A stretch of DNA of 64,000 nucleotides from an uncultured archaeon (GTDB taxonomy: Archaea > Iainarchaeota > Iainarchaeia > Iainarchaeales > GCA-2688035). Below, in pieces: positions 35,759 through 46,307 of the stretch. Each line of letters opens with the position of its first letter. Within the stretch, counting starts at the first letter, position 1. The position numbers and the translations under genes are program-made. The notes under the pieces are model-generated. The model had not been told where the DNA came from, did no database searches, and saw only the letters and a program-made list of their open reading frames with translations. The DNA is taken from positions 4,881-68,880 of the forward strand of contig CAYHBD010000010.1 of the NCBI GenBank assembly GCA_964354805.1. Reading direction: 5' to 3'.

Positions 35759-36560
35759 TTTTTACGCCCCTGATTTCTCTTCTAAAATTTTGCACAAGTT
35801 CTGATGCTGTTCTTGATAAAATTACAGCATCTGCTCCAAGGCTTACAAAGCAGTACCCTTTGTCATAATACGATTTTGCTTCTTTCCAAGAAGAAGCCGC
35901 TCTTCCAAGAGCAACATTTGCAACCTTTGCGGCTTCTTCGACTTTGCTTATGGCAGACTGCACTTCTTTGTGGTCTTTGTCTCCAATGTGACCCATTTCA
36001 GCTGAAAGATCTGTTGGCCCAATAAAAATAGCATCGATGCTTTCAACCGTTAGGATGCTGGCAATGTTGTCAACTGCCTCAATTGTTTCAATTTGCAAAA
36101 TAACTGCAATATCTTCATTGGCTGTTTTAACATACTTGCCCGCATCTAAGCCATAGGATACTGCCCTTGTAATAGTTGAAGCCACCCCCCGGCAGCCAAG
36201 CGGCGGATACTTGCATGCAGCGACGGCTTCTAGTGCCTCTTTTCTGTTGCTAATTGACGGAATTACGATGCCGTTTACCCCTATGTCAAGCACTCGCTTA
36301 ATTGCGGTTTTGCTGTTTTCAGGGACTCTCGCCAAGCAAGCGCAATCTGCAGCGTTTATTGCCTGAGCTTGCGACAACAAGGTCTGAAAATCATTTGGAG
36401 CGTGCTCGCAGTCTATTAAGAGCCAGTCAAAACCAGCAAGTGCCATTGTTTCTGCAACTGCATTGCTTCCTGTAACCAGCCAAGCTCCACATGTTTTTTC
36501 CATAGCTTGCAATGATTGCTTTATACCACTGCCTTTGGAGAAAGCCATCTTTTCACCCAT
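35745..36560 (-). CDS. HpcH/HpaI class II aldolase
   Basis: GFDWLLIDCEH, YPPLGCRG, QIET, FIGPTDLS. Confidence 0.93.
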   Translation of the reverse strand: MGEKMAFSKGSGIKQSLQAMEKTCGAWLVTGSNAVAETMALAGFDWLLIDCEHAPNDFQTLLSQAQAINAADCACLARVPENSKTAIKRVLDIGVNGIVIPSISNRKEALEAVAACKYPPLGCRGVASTITRAVSYGLDAGKYVKTANEDIAVILQIETIEAVDNIASILTVESIDAIFIGPTDLSAEMGHIGDKDHKEVQSAISKVEEAAKVANVALGRAASSWKEAKSYYDKGYCFVSLGADAVILSRTASELVQNFRREIRGVKNGME

Positions 36561-37263
36561 TGCCCCTGGATGCCAAATAGGCCTCCTTTTCCCTTAGAAT
36601 TGCGATATCTGCAAACTTCAAATGGTTTTTAATAAAACCCTGTTTCCTGTAGAAAATGGTTCTTACAATAACATGACAGATTATCTGCATAACATCTTCA
36701 ATTATTTGCTGGTCATAGCTTGGCACAACCCACGACAGGTTAGCCACTTTTGCGATTTTGCCTCCATCGTTTCCAGACAAGGAAACCGTGAAATTTCGCT
36801 CTTTTGCATATTTTAAGGCGTTGAATACATTGTCTGCATTGCCGCTTGCAGAGATTCCTATAACTATGTCGTTTCTCTGCAAAAAATTTCTCAACTGTTC
36901 GACAAAGATTTGGTCGTAGTGCCTGTCATTTGCCAAGCCTGTTAAATGACAAAGGTTTTCATGCAAAGCCAATGCCTTTAACCTTTTTCTGTCTTCAAGC
37001 TTGGCGCTTGCATCCCAATTCAGGTTATGGGCAAAATGTGCTGCAATACTAGCGCTGCCGCCGTTTCCCATGATGTAAACTGTCCCATTTGAATCTCTTG
37101 CTTTAAGAATAAGTTCCGCCAGTACTGCAAACTTTTCAGCCTCCAGAAAGCTAACGGCAGAAATCAGACCCTTTTTGTAATAGTCTACAAACTCCGCATT
37201 TTTTGGATAATCCACAAGATTTGCTTTTTTCCAATTTTGCATCTTCACCACTTCAACAACCAA
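36553..37263 (-). CDS. SIS-domain phosphoheptose isomerase (GmhA-like)
   Basis: GNGGSASIAAH, ISASGN, IIED. Confidence 0.88.
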   Translation of the reverse strand: MVVEVVKMQNWKKANLVDYPKNAEFVDYYKKGLISAVSFLEAEKFAVLAELILKARDSNGTVYIMGNGGSASIAAHFAHNLNWDASAKLEDRKRLKALALHENLCHLTGLANDRHYDQIFVEQLRNFLQRNDIVIGISASGNADNVFNALKYAKERNFTVSLSGNDGGKIAKVANLSWVVPSYDQQIIEDVMQIICHVIVRTIFYRKQGFIKNHLKFADIAILREKEAYLASRGNG

Positions 37264-37498
37264 AAATGCCTTTTATAAGGTCTCTTTGAACGCAGGCACA
37301 AATTGTTTCTTTGATGCTTTAGTTTCCATTTTCTCAATCCCTTTTTTTAATTTTTTGGTTGTGTCCGCTAATTGGTTAACATTTTGTGGTCAGCAATAAA
37401 TATTATGACCGCCCCCTATGTTATAAAAGACCAACACGGAGATGGTCAATAATGCTAACCCTTAAAGGAAATATAATGGTATATGATAACTTAAATCT

Positions 37499-37698
37499 GT
37501 ACGTGTTTAGCTCTTGAGGTGGACCAGTAGCTGGTTGTAGGGGTTGAGTCCGCGTTGTTCCCACGTGATTATGAGGCTTGTCAATATATCGTGGTTTTTG
37601 GTCCCTTTTTTTGTTTCGAAGACAACCATAGATTTTTCGTTGTACCACCGTTTCTCGCAATGCTCGTTCTGCTTTGTTGTTGGTTGTTTCTGTGTCTA
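37499..37698 (-). pseudogene. IS66-family transposase 3' remnant with probable terminal IR
   Basis: TNNKAERALRETVVQRKI motif; GTACGTGTTTAG end at 37499. Confidence 0.75.
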
Positions 37699-38223
37699 TA
37701 GCGAAACTATTATACATTTGAACTTTCTTATTATTGCATGACTTGGAATTTGACTCGTGGTAAAGAGTTTCTGCCGGATTTTTCTCTTAACGAGTTGAAA
37801 CAATACGCTACGGCAGAGAAGAAAGCGCAACCGCGTTTGCGGTTGTTGGTTGCATTAAACCGAAAAGAAGGAAAAAGCATTGACCAGATTGCAGACACAG
37901 CTGGGTTGCACAGGCGTGCAGTGCATGATATTTTGCATCGTTTTGAGGAGCATGGCATCCAAGCTGCCGAGTCTTTGCCAAAATCTGGGCGGCACAATCG
38001 CTTGGCTGTTAGCCAGTTAAAAGACTTGAAGAAACGATTGTTGAAGTCGCCGAAAGCCAGTGGCTTTGATGAAGGTTTTTGGAACAGGTGCATGGTTCGA
38101 CAACTCATTCGCCGACAGTACAGCGTACGCTTTTGTAAAAGCTGGATACTACAACTATTGACTCGGCTCGGTTTTTCATACAAAAAAACCTGTGCAGGCA
38201 ATTTGGCTGAAAATTTTCCGTAA
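37699..38223 (+). mobile_element. Truncated IS630-family element (HTH ORF only) inserted at a TA in the IS66 remnant
   Basis: ORF 37738-38223 with GFW...LIRRQY...LLTRLGFSYKK; no DDE part. Confidence 0.75.
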
Positions 38224-38262
38224 AAAACCCTTTTTAATTTGTTTTGCGCTCCATTTCTGCTT

Positions 38263-39288
38263 ATGGGAACTGCAATTGGCGAACTGCTGCAGAAAGAGGA
38301 AATCGACCTGAATTTTTTGAGCGGGAGAAAGGTTGGAATTGACAGCTTCAATATCCTGTACCAGTTTCTTTCAAGCATAAGAAGCCATGACGGCACTCCA
38401 TTAATGGACAGCAAGGGAAGGATAACCTCGCACCTTACCGGGCTATTATATAGAACAATAAACCTGCTTGAGGCAGGGGCAAAGCCTGTTTTTGTTTTTG
38501 ACGGAAAGCCCCACGAACTGAAAGGCGAAACCATAAGGGAAAGGCACAAGATAAGGACAGAGGCAAAAAAGAAGTTTGAGAAAGCGAAAAAAGAGGGCAA
38601 AATGGAAGAGGCAAGAAAGTATGCCCAGCAGGCTGTTCAGCTTAAGGGCGAAATGATTGATGATGCAAAAAAGCTGGTTGAATTAATGGGTCTGCCTGTT
38701 GTCCAGGCTCCGAGCGAGGGCGAGGCCCAGATTGCAGCAATGGTTGAAAAAGGAGATTTGTATGGGTGCATTTCACAGGACTTTGATGCGCTTTTGTTCG
38801 GCACACCAAAGCTACTGCGAAACATTACAGTAAGCGGGAAAAGGAAAGCGCCGGGAAAAGATTTCTATTATGAGATAAAACCAGAGATGATTGAGCTGGA
38901 AAAAAATTTGAAAGCGCTTGGCATTGACAGGAAAAAGCTGATTTGGATTGGCATTCTGATTGGAACAGATTTCAATGAAAAGTTTCCGAAGATCGGCCCC
39001 AAAACAGCGCTGCAGCTTGTTCAAAAGCACAAAAGCTTTGAGGAAATAATAAAGGAAACAAAGCACCGCCCTGAATTTGATTACAAAGAGATTGAGGAAA
39101 TTTTTTTGCACCCAAATGCAACTGACAAATACGAAATAAAATTTTCTCTGCCCCAAAAAGAAAAAATCCTGAGCTTTTTGTGCGAAGAGCACGATTTCTC
39201 GGAAGAGAGGGTTAAAAGCGCATTAAGCAAGCTGGAGGAAAAGGCCCTGGAAAAAGGAGCGCAGAGCAGATTGAGCCAATGGGGCTAA
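38263..39288 (+). CDS. fen: Flap endonuclease 1
   Basis: YQFLSSIR, FVFDG, APSEGEAQ, SQDFD, GTDFN; C-terminal PIP box QSRLSQW. Confidence 0.97.
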   Translation: MGTAIGELLQKEEIDLNFLSGRKVGIDSFNILYQFLSSIRSHDGTPLMDSKGRITSHLTGLLYRTINLLEAGAKPVFVFDGKPHELKGETIRERHKIRTEAKKKFEKAKKEGKMEEARKYAQQAVQLKGEMIDDAKKLVELMGLPVVQAPSEGEAQIAAMVEKGDLYGCISQDFDALLFGTPKLLRNITVSGKRKAPGKDFYYEIKPEMIELEKNLKALGIDRKKLIWIGILIGTDFNEKFPKIGPKTALQLVQKHKSFEEIIKETKHRPEFDYKEIEEIFLHPNATDKYEIKFSLPQKEKILSFLCEEHDFSEERVKSALSKLEEKALEKGAQSRLSQWG

Positions 39289-39449
39289 TGCTATCTGTCT
39301 CAATCACCCCCCTGCAAAGCAGATTGGACCAGGGGGGCTAATGCCATATAAATAGCTCAACCATTCGGTTGATTTTTTTCAACCAAACTAATATTAATCG
39401 GGTTCAGCACTCTCTTCTTTAAAGAAGCTGTTAGTGGAGTTGACCTGAA

Positions 39450-40265
39450 CTGAAAGCCAAGAGCGCAATTGCTTTTCTTGCAATCCTGCTGTTATTCAGC
39501 GAGTGCTTTGCGCTGCAGGCAAGCGCTTTTTCTTTCAGCGACCTTTTCTCGATTTTTTTTAAGCCGGGCGCAATTCAAAGCAGCGGAGTTTTTTCCCTTC
39601 CGACAGCAAAATCCACGGCTGAAAAGGATTTGAGCAGCAGCTGCGTTAAATTGCTTAATGCAACCTCGCTTGGAAAAAAATATCTCTCAGCATGGGGCAA
39701 CGATGAATTGCAGGGCTATTGCAAATTCCTGAAAGAGTTCCCATCAGGTTTTGGAAATGCCGTGATTAATGTAATGAAAAAAGAGTGGTACACGGACAGC
39801 TTGGTAAAACAAGCAGTTGAATTAGACAGCGCTGGCGATTTCAAGAATTTTTTCAAGAAAGGCCACCCAATGACAATCATCAAGGACAGGTACAATCCAA
39901 GCAAAAGCAAAAAAGTGGATGGCCTTTTTGATGTTGGGAGCAGGGAGAATTACATTAAAGCAAGGGCAGTGAGCACTGAACTGCGCAAATGGGAAGATTT
40001 GAAAAACGCAATCCTTTCAGAAGCCGAATACTTCAAATACAGCCCTTTGGGCGGGCGCTATGACAACACCATTGTAATAGAGCTTAGGAAGGGAACAAAG
40101 CTTGACACCAAAGCACTGCAGCAGGCAATATGGTTTGCGTACGAGGAAGACAGATTGAAGATGATCAACATCTCAAGAGTTGGAGTATACGATGCCAAAA
40201 AAGACAGCGTGCTCCTCTATGACAAAGAAGACTGGGAATGGAACGCAAGAACAGTGAAAGACTGA
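39450..40265 (+). CDS. Secreted hypothetical protein, possible CTG start
   Basis: Frame of ORF 39630-40265 is open back to CTG 39450 and adds a signal peptide. Confidence 0.55.
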   Translation: MKAKSAIAFLAILLLFSECFALQASAFSFSDLFSIFFKPGAIQSSGVFSLPTAKSTAEKDLSSSCVKLLNATSLGKKYLSAWGNDELQGYCKFLKEFPSGFGNAVINVMKKEWYTDSLVKQAVELDSAGDFKNFFKKGHPMTIIKDRYNPSKSKKVDGLFDVGSRENYIKARAVSTELRKWEDLKNAILSEAEYFKYSPLGGRYDNTIVIELRKGTKLDTKALQQAIWFAYEEDRLKMINISRVGVYDAKKDSVLLYDKEDWEWNARTVKD

Positions 40266-40382
40266 TACAGCAACCGAATGAAGATGAAAAAATAACCAAC
40301 TTTTTTAAGAGTAACAACCGCTGCTGAAACAAAGTCTTTTATTCATTTTCTTGAGGGAATTAGTTTAGGTGTTGGGGGTTGA

Positions 40383-43300
40383 ATGAATAAAATAAATTTG
40401 AATGGATTTGAAGCAAACAGGGTCTTCATCTATTTTTTATTAATAACTGCCATTGTTTTAATCAGCGGTGTTGCTTTAAGCTATGACCAAAACAGTGAAC
40501 AACTTCTTCCCACAATGGGCGTTGAAAATATTGACCTAAATGAACAAGCTTTGAGAGAAACTCATTTCAAGCAATTACCTGAAGTAAGCGGAACCGGAAC
40601 ATACTTCAAAATCGAAAACAGCGATTTAAATGCCGGACTTTTGAGTTCGGTTTCTATCTCAGTAAGATTGTTTTCCGCAGGAAACATGATTGAATATAGT
40701 ATTGGGCCAATTAGTAGAACATTGACGCTCCCACTTAGCATAGATGCAAGCGATGCAGAACCAACAACTGAACAAAAAACAACAATTACGCTTGATGGCT
40801 TAGCGCTAAACACAACCTATTACATGTACGAAGACAGTTATATGAATGAAAAACCGTTTACAACAGATTCAAAAGGGACTTATTCCTACGAACAAGATCT
40901 GTCCACCCAGCATAGTGTTTGGATTCAAACTTTAGAATCGAATACTTATTTTATTAGAGATGACGCAACTGGCGGAGACTGCGAAGGAAAGTCAATTGGA
41001 ATTTGGAATCTAAGTACAAAAACATGTACTTTAACGACTGATTTAACAGAAACCGTACAAATCGATTCAAATAATATTACATTGAGCTGTAACCAACACA
41101 GCATCAATGGCAGTGTTTTTGTCCGCCAAAAAAATTGGATAGTTATAGAGGATTGTAACGTCTATGGATCTAACTATGGCATTAGATTGGAGCTTTCAAA
41201 TTATAATAAAGTTAATAACAACACCTCTTCGAATGTTTATAGCGGAATATTGGTGGCTAATGGTGCCAATAATACTTTCACGAATAATAACATCCAGCGT
41301 AGTAGGTATTGTGGGATTTGGTTAGATCTGACGGGGTCCTATTCAGAACCTACTGGAAACAATCTTATTAATGACAACAATATTTTAAATGGTTACTACA
41401 ATGGAATTTGTCTGGCCGACGCTAATCATAACTATATTAGCAATAATAAAATATCAAACATTAGTCGCGTTGGATGGACCACGGATGGAATTTGGTTCTC
41501 AAATTCTCATTTTAATACAGTCTCTAACAACACCATTAGTTCTATTGGCAGTGGGGGCGTGAGTATCGCAGATTCTTCTCATAACAATATTGTTGATAAC
41601 AATATATCCAATACATCGGCAGGAATTTTTGTGTGGGGTGCCAATAACATTATTGCCCACAATGCTATCTCAAACAGTGAAGATGGAATCTATCTTAGGG
41701 GTTCTATGGATACTATTGTTACGGGCAATTGGATTTTAAATAACGCATATGGGGTACATTTAAGAGAATACACAATAGGCCCCCTCTTAACTTTAACTAA
41801 CAACATTATCACAGATAATAATTATGGGGTCTTTTTTGAGCTTTATACGGCAACTCCACCTATTGTAAATAAAATAGCTTATAACGACATTTTTAACAAT
41901 ATTAGATACAATTTTGTCAATACCCTGCCATATAATGTAAAAGCAGAGTACAATTGGTGGGGGGCAACAGACGAAAACAAAATAGCCAGGAATATATATG
42001 ATTATTTTGATTATAATCGTTACGGCATTGTTGATTACACCCCTTGGCTGATGGCTCCATTTGAAGAAAGTCTTGCCTGCTTTAACGGCGTAAAAGACTA
42101 CAACGAAACAGACATCGACTGCGGTGGCAGTTGCTTGGCATGCGAAGAAGGAAGGCGCTGCCTGCAAAATAGTGACTGCATAAGCCAATACTGCAATATC
42201 TTGTACAACATCTGTGATGTGCCAGGCGATTTGTACATTGAGTGGGTTAAGCCGATTCAAGTAATTGAGGATGTTAACCTAGTTGCAGGCAAGGCAACTG
42301 TTGTAAGAGTGAAGGTAGTGAACAATGGGCCTGAAGTGGAGACAGGGATTGCATTAGACTATGGTAATAGTGGCAGCAGGGAAACTCAGACTGTTCTTAT
42401 AAGGGCTTTTTCGTCCGAAATAGTTGATTTTTATTCAACACCGTATGACATAGCCGGAGCATATCAAATAACCGCAGAGGTGGATTCACTAAAAAATATT
42501 TCAGAAATAAACGAAAGCAATAACACAAAAGAAGTGGACGTGAATGTGGTTGATGTCTTGGATTTTGATGTATTGTTTGTTCCAGCTTATTATTTTGAGT
42601 ATGGGGCTTCTTTTGACGATTATGTGAAAGACTGGTTCATAAATTATGAGTTTCTCTTAGGCACTTATCCTATACCAAACAACAAACTACATATCTGGCC
42701 ACAATCTCAACAATTTACCAGTTGGTTGATTGCTGAAAGGTCTGGCTCGCATACTAGTACAGATGTCAGAAAGTTAGAATCTGCGTTGTGGGGTTATAAG
42801 ATGAAAAATTATCCCCAATTTGATAGAGTTGTGGGGATTGTTCATGAAAACTGGATGTCTGAATCTTCTGGTGACGCATGGATGCCGGTAATGCCTTCTG
42901 TGGTGGTGATACAGCCTCAAAAGTACTATATGGCATTGGCTGCGCATGAATTAGGGCATACATATAGCTTGTGTGATGAATCCCAAAAATCGTTGTATGA
43001 TACTCAGAATTTTTGGTATTGGTGGGGTTGTGCAAATAAGTATCCATCCTATTGTTCACAAAACCCACAGTGTTCGGGCAGTTTTGATATTAATGGCTTT
43101 TGGGTTGAGAAAAAAGAAGAAAGGAAAACGCTGGTTGATGAAGGAGAGTACTATTACAGCATGATGGGTGCTTGGGGCAATAATGATAGGGCTTGGATTT
43201 CGGATTCGGATTACTTGCATCTTCTAAAGGAATTTCAGACTCCTCACACTGACTTAAACCAAGTAATTATAGTCAGCGGCACAATTGACAAGGCAGGGGA

Positions 43301-46274
43301 CATAAACTTTTTCACTTTTTATTTAGCTGAAAGCGTGGTTACCGGCACTTTGGATGGAAACTATGTATTGGAGTTGCAGGATGGCAGCGGGCAAGTGATT
43401 CAGGATTACAATTTCTCAGACCCCTTTTTTGGATGTGATTCTGATTTAAATACAACAGGCTTTGCGTTCACTATTCCATTTGATTCTAGGGCACATAAAA
43501 TTGTTGGAAAATATTTTAATGAAGTAAAAGACGAGCGAATCATTACCTCAAACGCTCCAACTGTTGAAATCTATTCGCCTAAGGATGAAGATATTTGGAG
43601 TGGAATGCAAACAATAAACTGGAACGCAAGCGATGCGGACGGTGACACAGATTTAAGCTACACATTGGAATACAGTGATGACAACGGAGAAAAATGGTAT
43701 CTGATAACAACTGAATACAAAGAAAAAAGTTTTGCTTGGAATACTGATGGCGTCCAACCAGGAAACGCATACAAAATAAAAGTAACTGCAAGCGATGGAG
43801 TGAAAACTGGGGAAAGCAGCTCCAGCGCATTTACTATTCAAAACCCAGGCATTGAAATCCAGCCATTCATTTGGAGCTTTGGAAGCGCTGCACAAGGAAG
43901 CGTTATCTCAAAACAATTTAGCATAACAAACTCTGGAAACGCTGACTTGGAATTGTATAACTTCAATGCGCCGGCAAATGTAGTCATTTCAGGGCTGCAG
44001 CTTCCGCTGACGTTGTCGCCTAGGCAAAACATTCAATTCAATGTTGAATTAAACACTGCTTTGTTGGATGGAACAATTGATGAAAATGCAGTGTTTTATT
44101 CAAATGACCCAAATGAATCGGAAAAACACTTTTTTATTGAGGGCACTATTTTTGCACCCAAAACAATGGATGGAAACCTGCATTTAGCAGACATGAATTC
44201 ATACCTAAAAGAACAAGTGCATTATAGCGGGGCTACCTCAGCTCAAATGATTCTGAATTACATGAGAGAAGCTGCCGGATACCCACAGCTTCCACAGGAA
44301 ACAATCTACTACTATGGACACAAGTACAATTTATCAGATAATAATGAGTTACTGGAATTGGATGCTAATGCAATGAATGCTGTTTTAGGGCATTTTGACC
44401 CATACGATTTTATTATAAGCGAACCTTATGACCTCTATGACTCGCTCGCAGACGGCAACCCATATCAGGGTTATAGCTTTACTATTGACACTTTTGATGC
44501 AAACACCGACCCGGAAGCTGCAAGCAATTATATGAGTGGCATTGCCCATTGGATGGCTTATCCTGTGAAAAGAAAAGCGTGGTGGTTTGACAGTGAATTG
44601 GTTGCAAAACCAAACACGCCAGCAGCAATCCCATTATATGGCAACTATGCTCACTGGGCAGTTGTAAACGGCTTTGCAGCAAGCGGAAACCCAGTGCCAA
44701 ACCCAAGCGTAAACCCCTGGCAGTCAGACCCAGTTACAATTTATGGTTTCTGGTTGACTGACCCGGCAGAAGAAGGCATAGGACAGCATGTTTTTGTTAC
44801 AGCAGCTGACGCAAATGCTGTCTACTTCAAGCCAATGGATTCAAACGATTCTTTCAAAGGAAAGTATTTGCAGATTGCAGAGCCGCCAGTGCTTCCACCA
44901 GAGGAAAGCGGATTAGAAATTGAAGCAGGCAACAAGTTTAAAGCAGAAATTCCAGCGCCTGTTTCACAACAAGCTAACTTGCGCTTTGTTGGAGTTGAAA
45001 GTGAAGTAGAGCCAGAAATGAGGACAATGTCCATAAAGAATGCTGGAGCTGGGGCTGCTGCAGGGGAAGAAGAGCCCATGCAAGAGAAAAAGAGCTGGAG
45101 AGATTTGGTTGATTCCCACTTGTTGTTAGACCAAAGCGCGGTTGCTGCATTTGAGGGCGCTGAAATGGCTGAACCATTGCAGGTGCATGAATTAGTGGAA
45201 AACAGGGACTATTATCTAGTGCCATTCAACAAAGAAGGCTTGACATCAGGCGTAATAATGTTGGATGCAGAAGAAGGGTACTTTAAGCAAGCGAGCTGGA
45301 CAACAGAGCCAGAACAGTATCCTGCAGTTGAAGAACAAAATGCTGTCTCACTCGTAAAAAAAGAAATCAATCCAAAGCCAACAGAAAGCTTGGCAGTTGA
45401 ATTCAATTCATTTGCTGAAGCAAGCGCACAGCTTGCATGGCAACCGAATAATTACAGCAAAAGCCCGTTCAAACCATACTGGGTAATAGAAATGGGGGGT
45501 GGCAGATGGATTGCAACACAAGAAGGAAAATTGTACGAAATTCTGCCACCTACATCTACTAAAGCAGACACACAAGTCATTGAAATTGCTACTGTGCCAC
45601 CAGAATCAAACGGCTTTACAAACTTGGGCAAATACTTTGAAATAATCAACCCAAACATAGATGACGGTTCATTCTCAGCAACCCTGGCATTCTTCTACAA
45701 CGATGCAGACAACGATGGAATAGTAGACGGAACAAACATAGAAGAACAAAATTTGAACGTATACTATTACAAAGAAGAAAAAGGCTGGACAGAAATAACA
45801 GAGCCCGAAAGAAACACAGAAGCAAACACAATCAGCACAACAACCAATCATTTCACGCTGTTTGCGTTAATGAAAGAAAACCCGGAACCCGAGCTAGAGC
45901 ATACTCAGCCATCGACGCCAGCAGACAGAGGCAGCACTGGTGGTGGCGTAAGCGGCGGGTCTGGAATTATTGCTAACAAGCAAACAAATGGCGTTGAAAA
46001 CATTGAAAGCGAATTGGGTGACTCTGCAAAAGGCATTATAGAGAAGGAAGAACCAAGTGAGAAACAAATTGAAGAAATGGGGGTCATTGCTGAAGCTGGG
46101 GAAGAAAAAGGGGTTATAGAAGAAACCAGCGAAATGAAACCGCAAACAATAACAGGATTGATAGTATTCGGTAGCGATAAAACAATTGTCATGCTTTTAG
46201 GTTGCCTGCTAATCGCCCTTATTATAATAGTGAAAACTTATTTAAGCAAAAAAAGTGCGGGCAACACATTTTGA
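40383..46274 (+). CDS. Large multidomain surface protein (beta-helix, Cys-rich repeat, CARDB/Ig, zincin, C39-like, C-terminal TM)
   Basis: Signal peptide; NNxIxNN repeats; ETDIDCGGSC; ISEINESNN; AAHELGH; YSGATSAQMILNY...HWAVVNG...TDP; ITGL plus TM. Confidence 0.85.
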   Translation: MNKINLNGFEANRVFIYFLLITAIVLISGVALSYDQNSEQLLPTMGVENIDLNEQALRETHFKQLPEVSGTGTYFKIENSDLNAGLLSSVSISVRLFSAGNMIEYSIGPISRTLTLPLSIDASDAEPTTEQKTTITLDGLALNTTYYMYEDSYMNEKPFTTDSKGTYSYEQDLSTQHSVWIQTLESNTYFIRDDATGGDCEGKSIGIWNLSTKTCTLTTDLTETVQIDSNNITLSCNQHSINGSVFVRQKNWIVIEDCNVYGSNYGIRLELSNYNKVNNNTSSNVYSGILVANGANNTFTNNNIQRSRYCGIWLDLTGSYSEPTGNNLINDNNILNGYYNGICLADANHNYISNNKISNISRVGWTTDGIWFSNSHFNTVSNNTISSIGSGGVSIADSSHNNIVDNNISNTSAGIFVWGANNIIAHNAISNSEDGIYLRGSMDTIVTGNWILNNAYGVHLREYTIGPLLTLTNNIITDNNYGVFFELYTATPPIVNKIAYNDIFNNIRYNFVNTLPYNVKAEYNWWGATDENKIARNIYDYFDYNRYGIVDYTPWLMAPFEESLACFNGVKDYNETDIDCGGSCLACEEGRRCLQNSDCISQYCNILYNICDVPGDLYIEWVKPIQVIEDVNLVAGKATVVRVKVVNNGPEVETGIALDYGNSGSRETQTVLIRAFSSEIVDFYSTPYDIAGAYQITAEVDSLKNISEINESNNTKEVDVNVVDVLDFDVLFVPAYYFEYGASFDDYVKDWFINYEFLLGTYPIPNNKLHIWPQSQQFTSWLIAERSGSHTSTDVRKLESALWGYKMKNYPQFDRVVGIVHENWMSESSGDAWMPVMPSVVVIQPQKYYMALAAHELGHTYSLCDESQKSLYDTQNFWYWWGCANKYPSYCSQNPQCSGSFDINGFWVEKKEERKTLVDEGEYYYSMMGAWGNNDRAWISDSDYLHLLKEFQTPHTDLNQVIIVSGTIDKAGDINFFTFYLAESVVTGTLDGNYVLELQDGSGQVIQDYNFSDPFFGCDSDLNTTGFAFTIPFDSRAHKIVGKYFNEVKDERIITSNAPTVEIYSPKDEDIWSGMQTINWNASDADGDTDLSYTLEYSDDNGEKWYLITTEYKEKSFAWNTDGVQPGNAYKIKVTASDGVKTGESSSSAFTIQNPGIEIQPFIWSFGSAAQGSVISKQFSITNSGNADLELYNFNAPANVVISGLQLPLTLSPRQNIQFNVELNTALLDGTIDENAVFYSNDPNESEKHFFIEGTIFAPKTMDGNLHLADMNSYLKEQVHYSGATSAQMILNYMREAAGYPQLPQETIYYYGHKYNLSDNNELLELDANAMNAVLGHFDPYDFIISEPYDLYDSLADGNPYQGYSFTIDTFDANTDPEAASNYMSGIAHWMAYPVKRKAWWFDSELVAKPNTPAAIPLYGNYAHWAVVNGFAASGNPVPNPSVNPWQSDPVTIYGFWLTDPAEEGIGQHVFVTAADANAVYFKPMDSNDSFKGKYLQIAEPPVLPPEESGLEIEAGNKFKAEIPAPVSQQANLRFVGVESEVEPEMRTMSIKNAGAGAAAGEEEPMQEKKSWRDLVDSHLLLDQSAVAAFEGAEMAEPLQVHELVENRDYYLVPFNKEGLTSGVIMLDAEEGYFKQASWTTEPEQYPAVEEQNAVSLVKKEINPKPTESLAVEFNSFAEASAQLAWQPNNYSKSPFKPYWVIEMGGGRWIATQEGKLYEILPPTSTKADTQVIEIATVPPESNGFTNLGKYFEIINPNIDDGSFSATLAFFYNDADNDGIVDGTNIEEQNLNVYYYKEEKGWTEITEPERNTEANTISTTTNHFTLFALMKENPEPELEHTQPSTPADRGSTGGGVSGGSGIIANKQTNGVENIESELGDSAKGIIEKEEPSEKQIEEMGVIAEAGEEKGVIEETSEMKPQTITGLIVFGSDKTIVMLLGCLLIALIIIVKTYLSKKSAGNTF

Positions 46275-46307
46275 ATGGTGTCTTTGTCTTTTTGGCGTCA
46301 AAAGCCT

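Noticed and set aside
39261-39344. DGR template/variable repeat pair
   Set aside because: Too short, mismatches are not confined to adenines, and there is no reverse transcriptase in the window.
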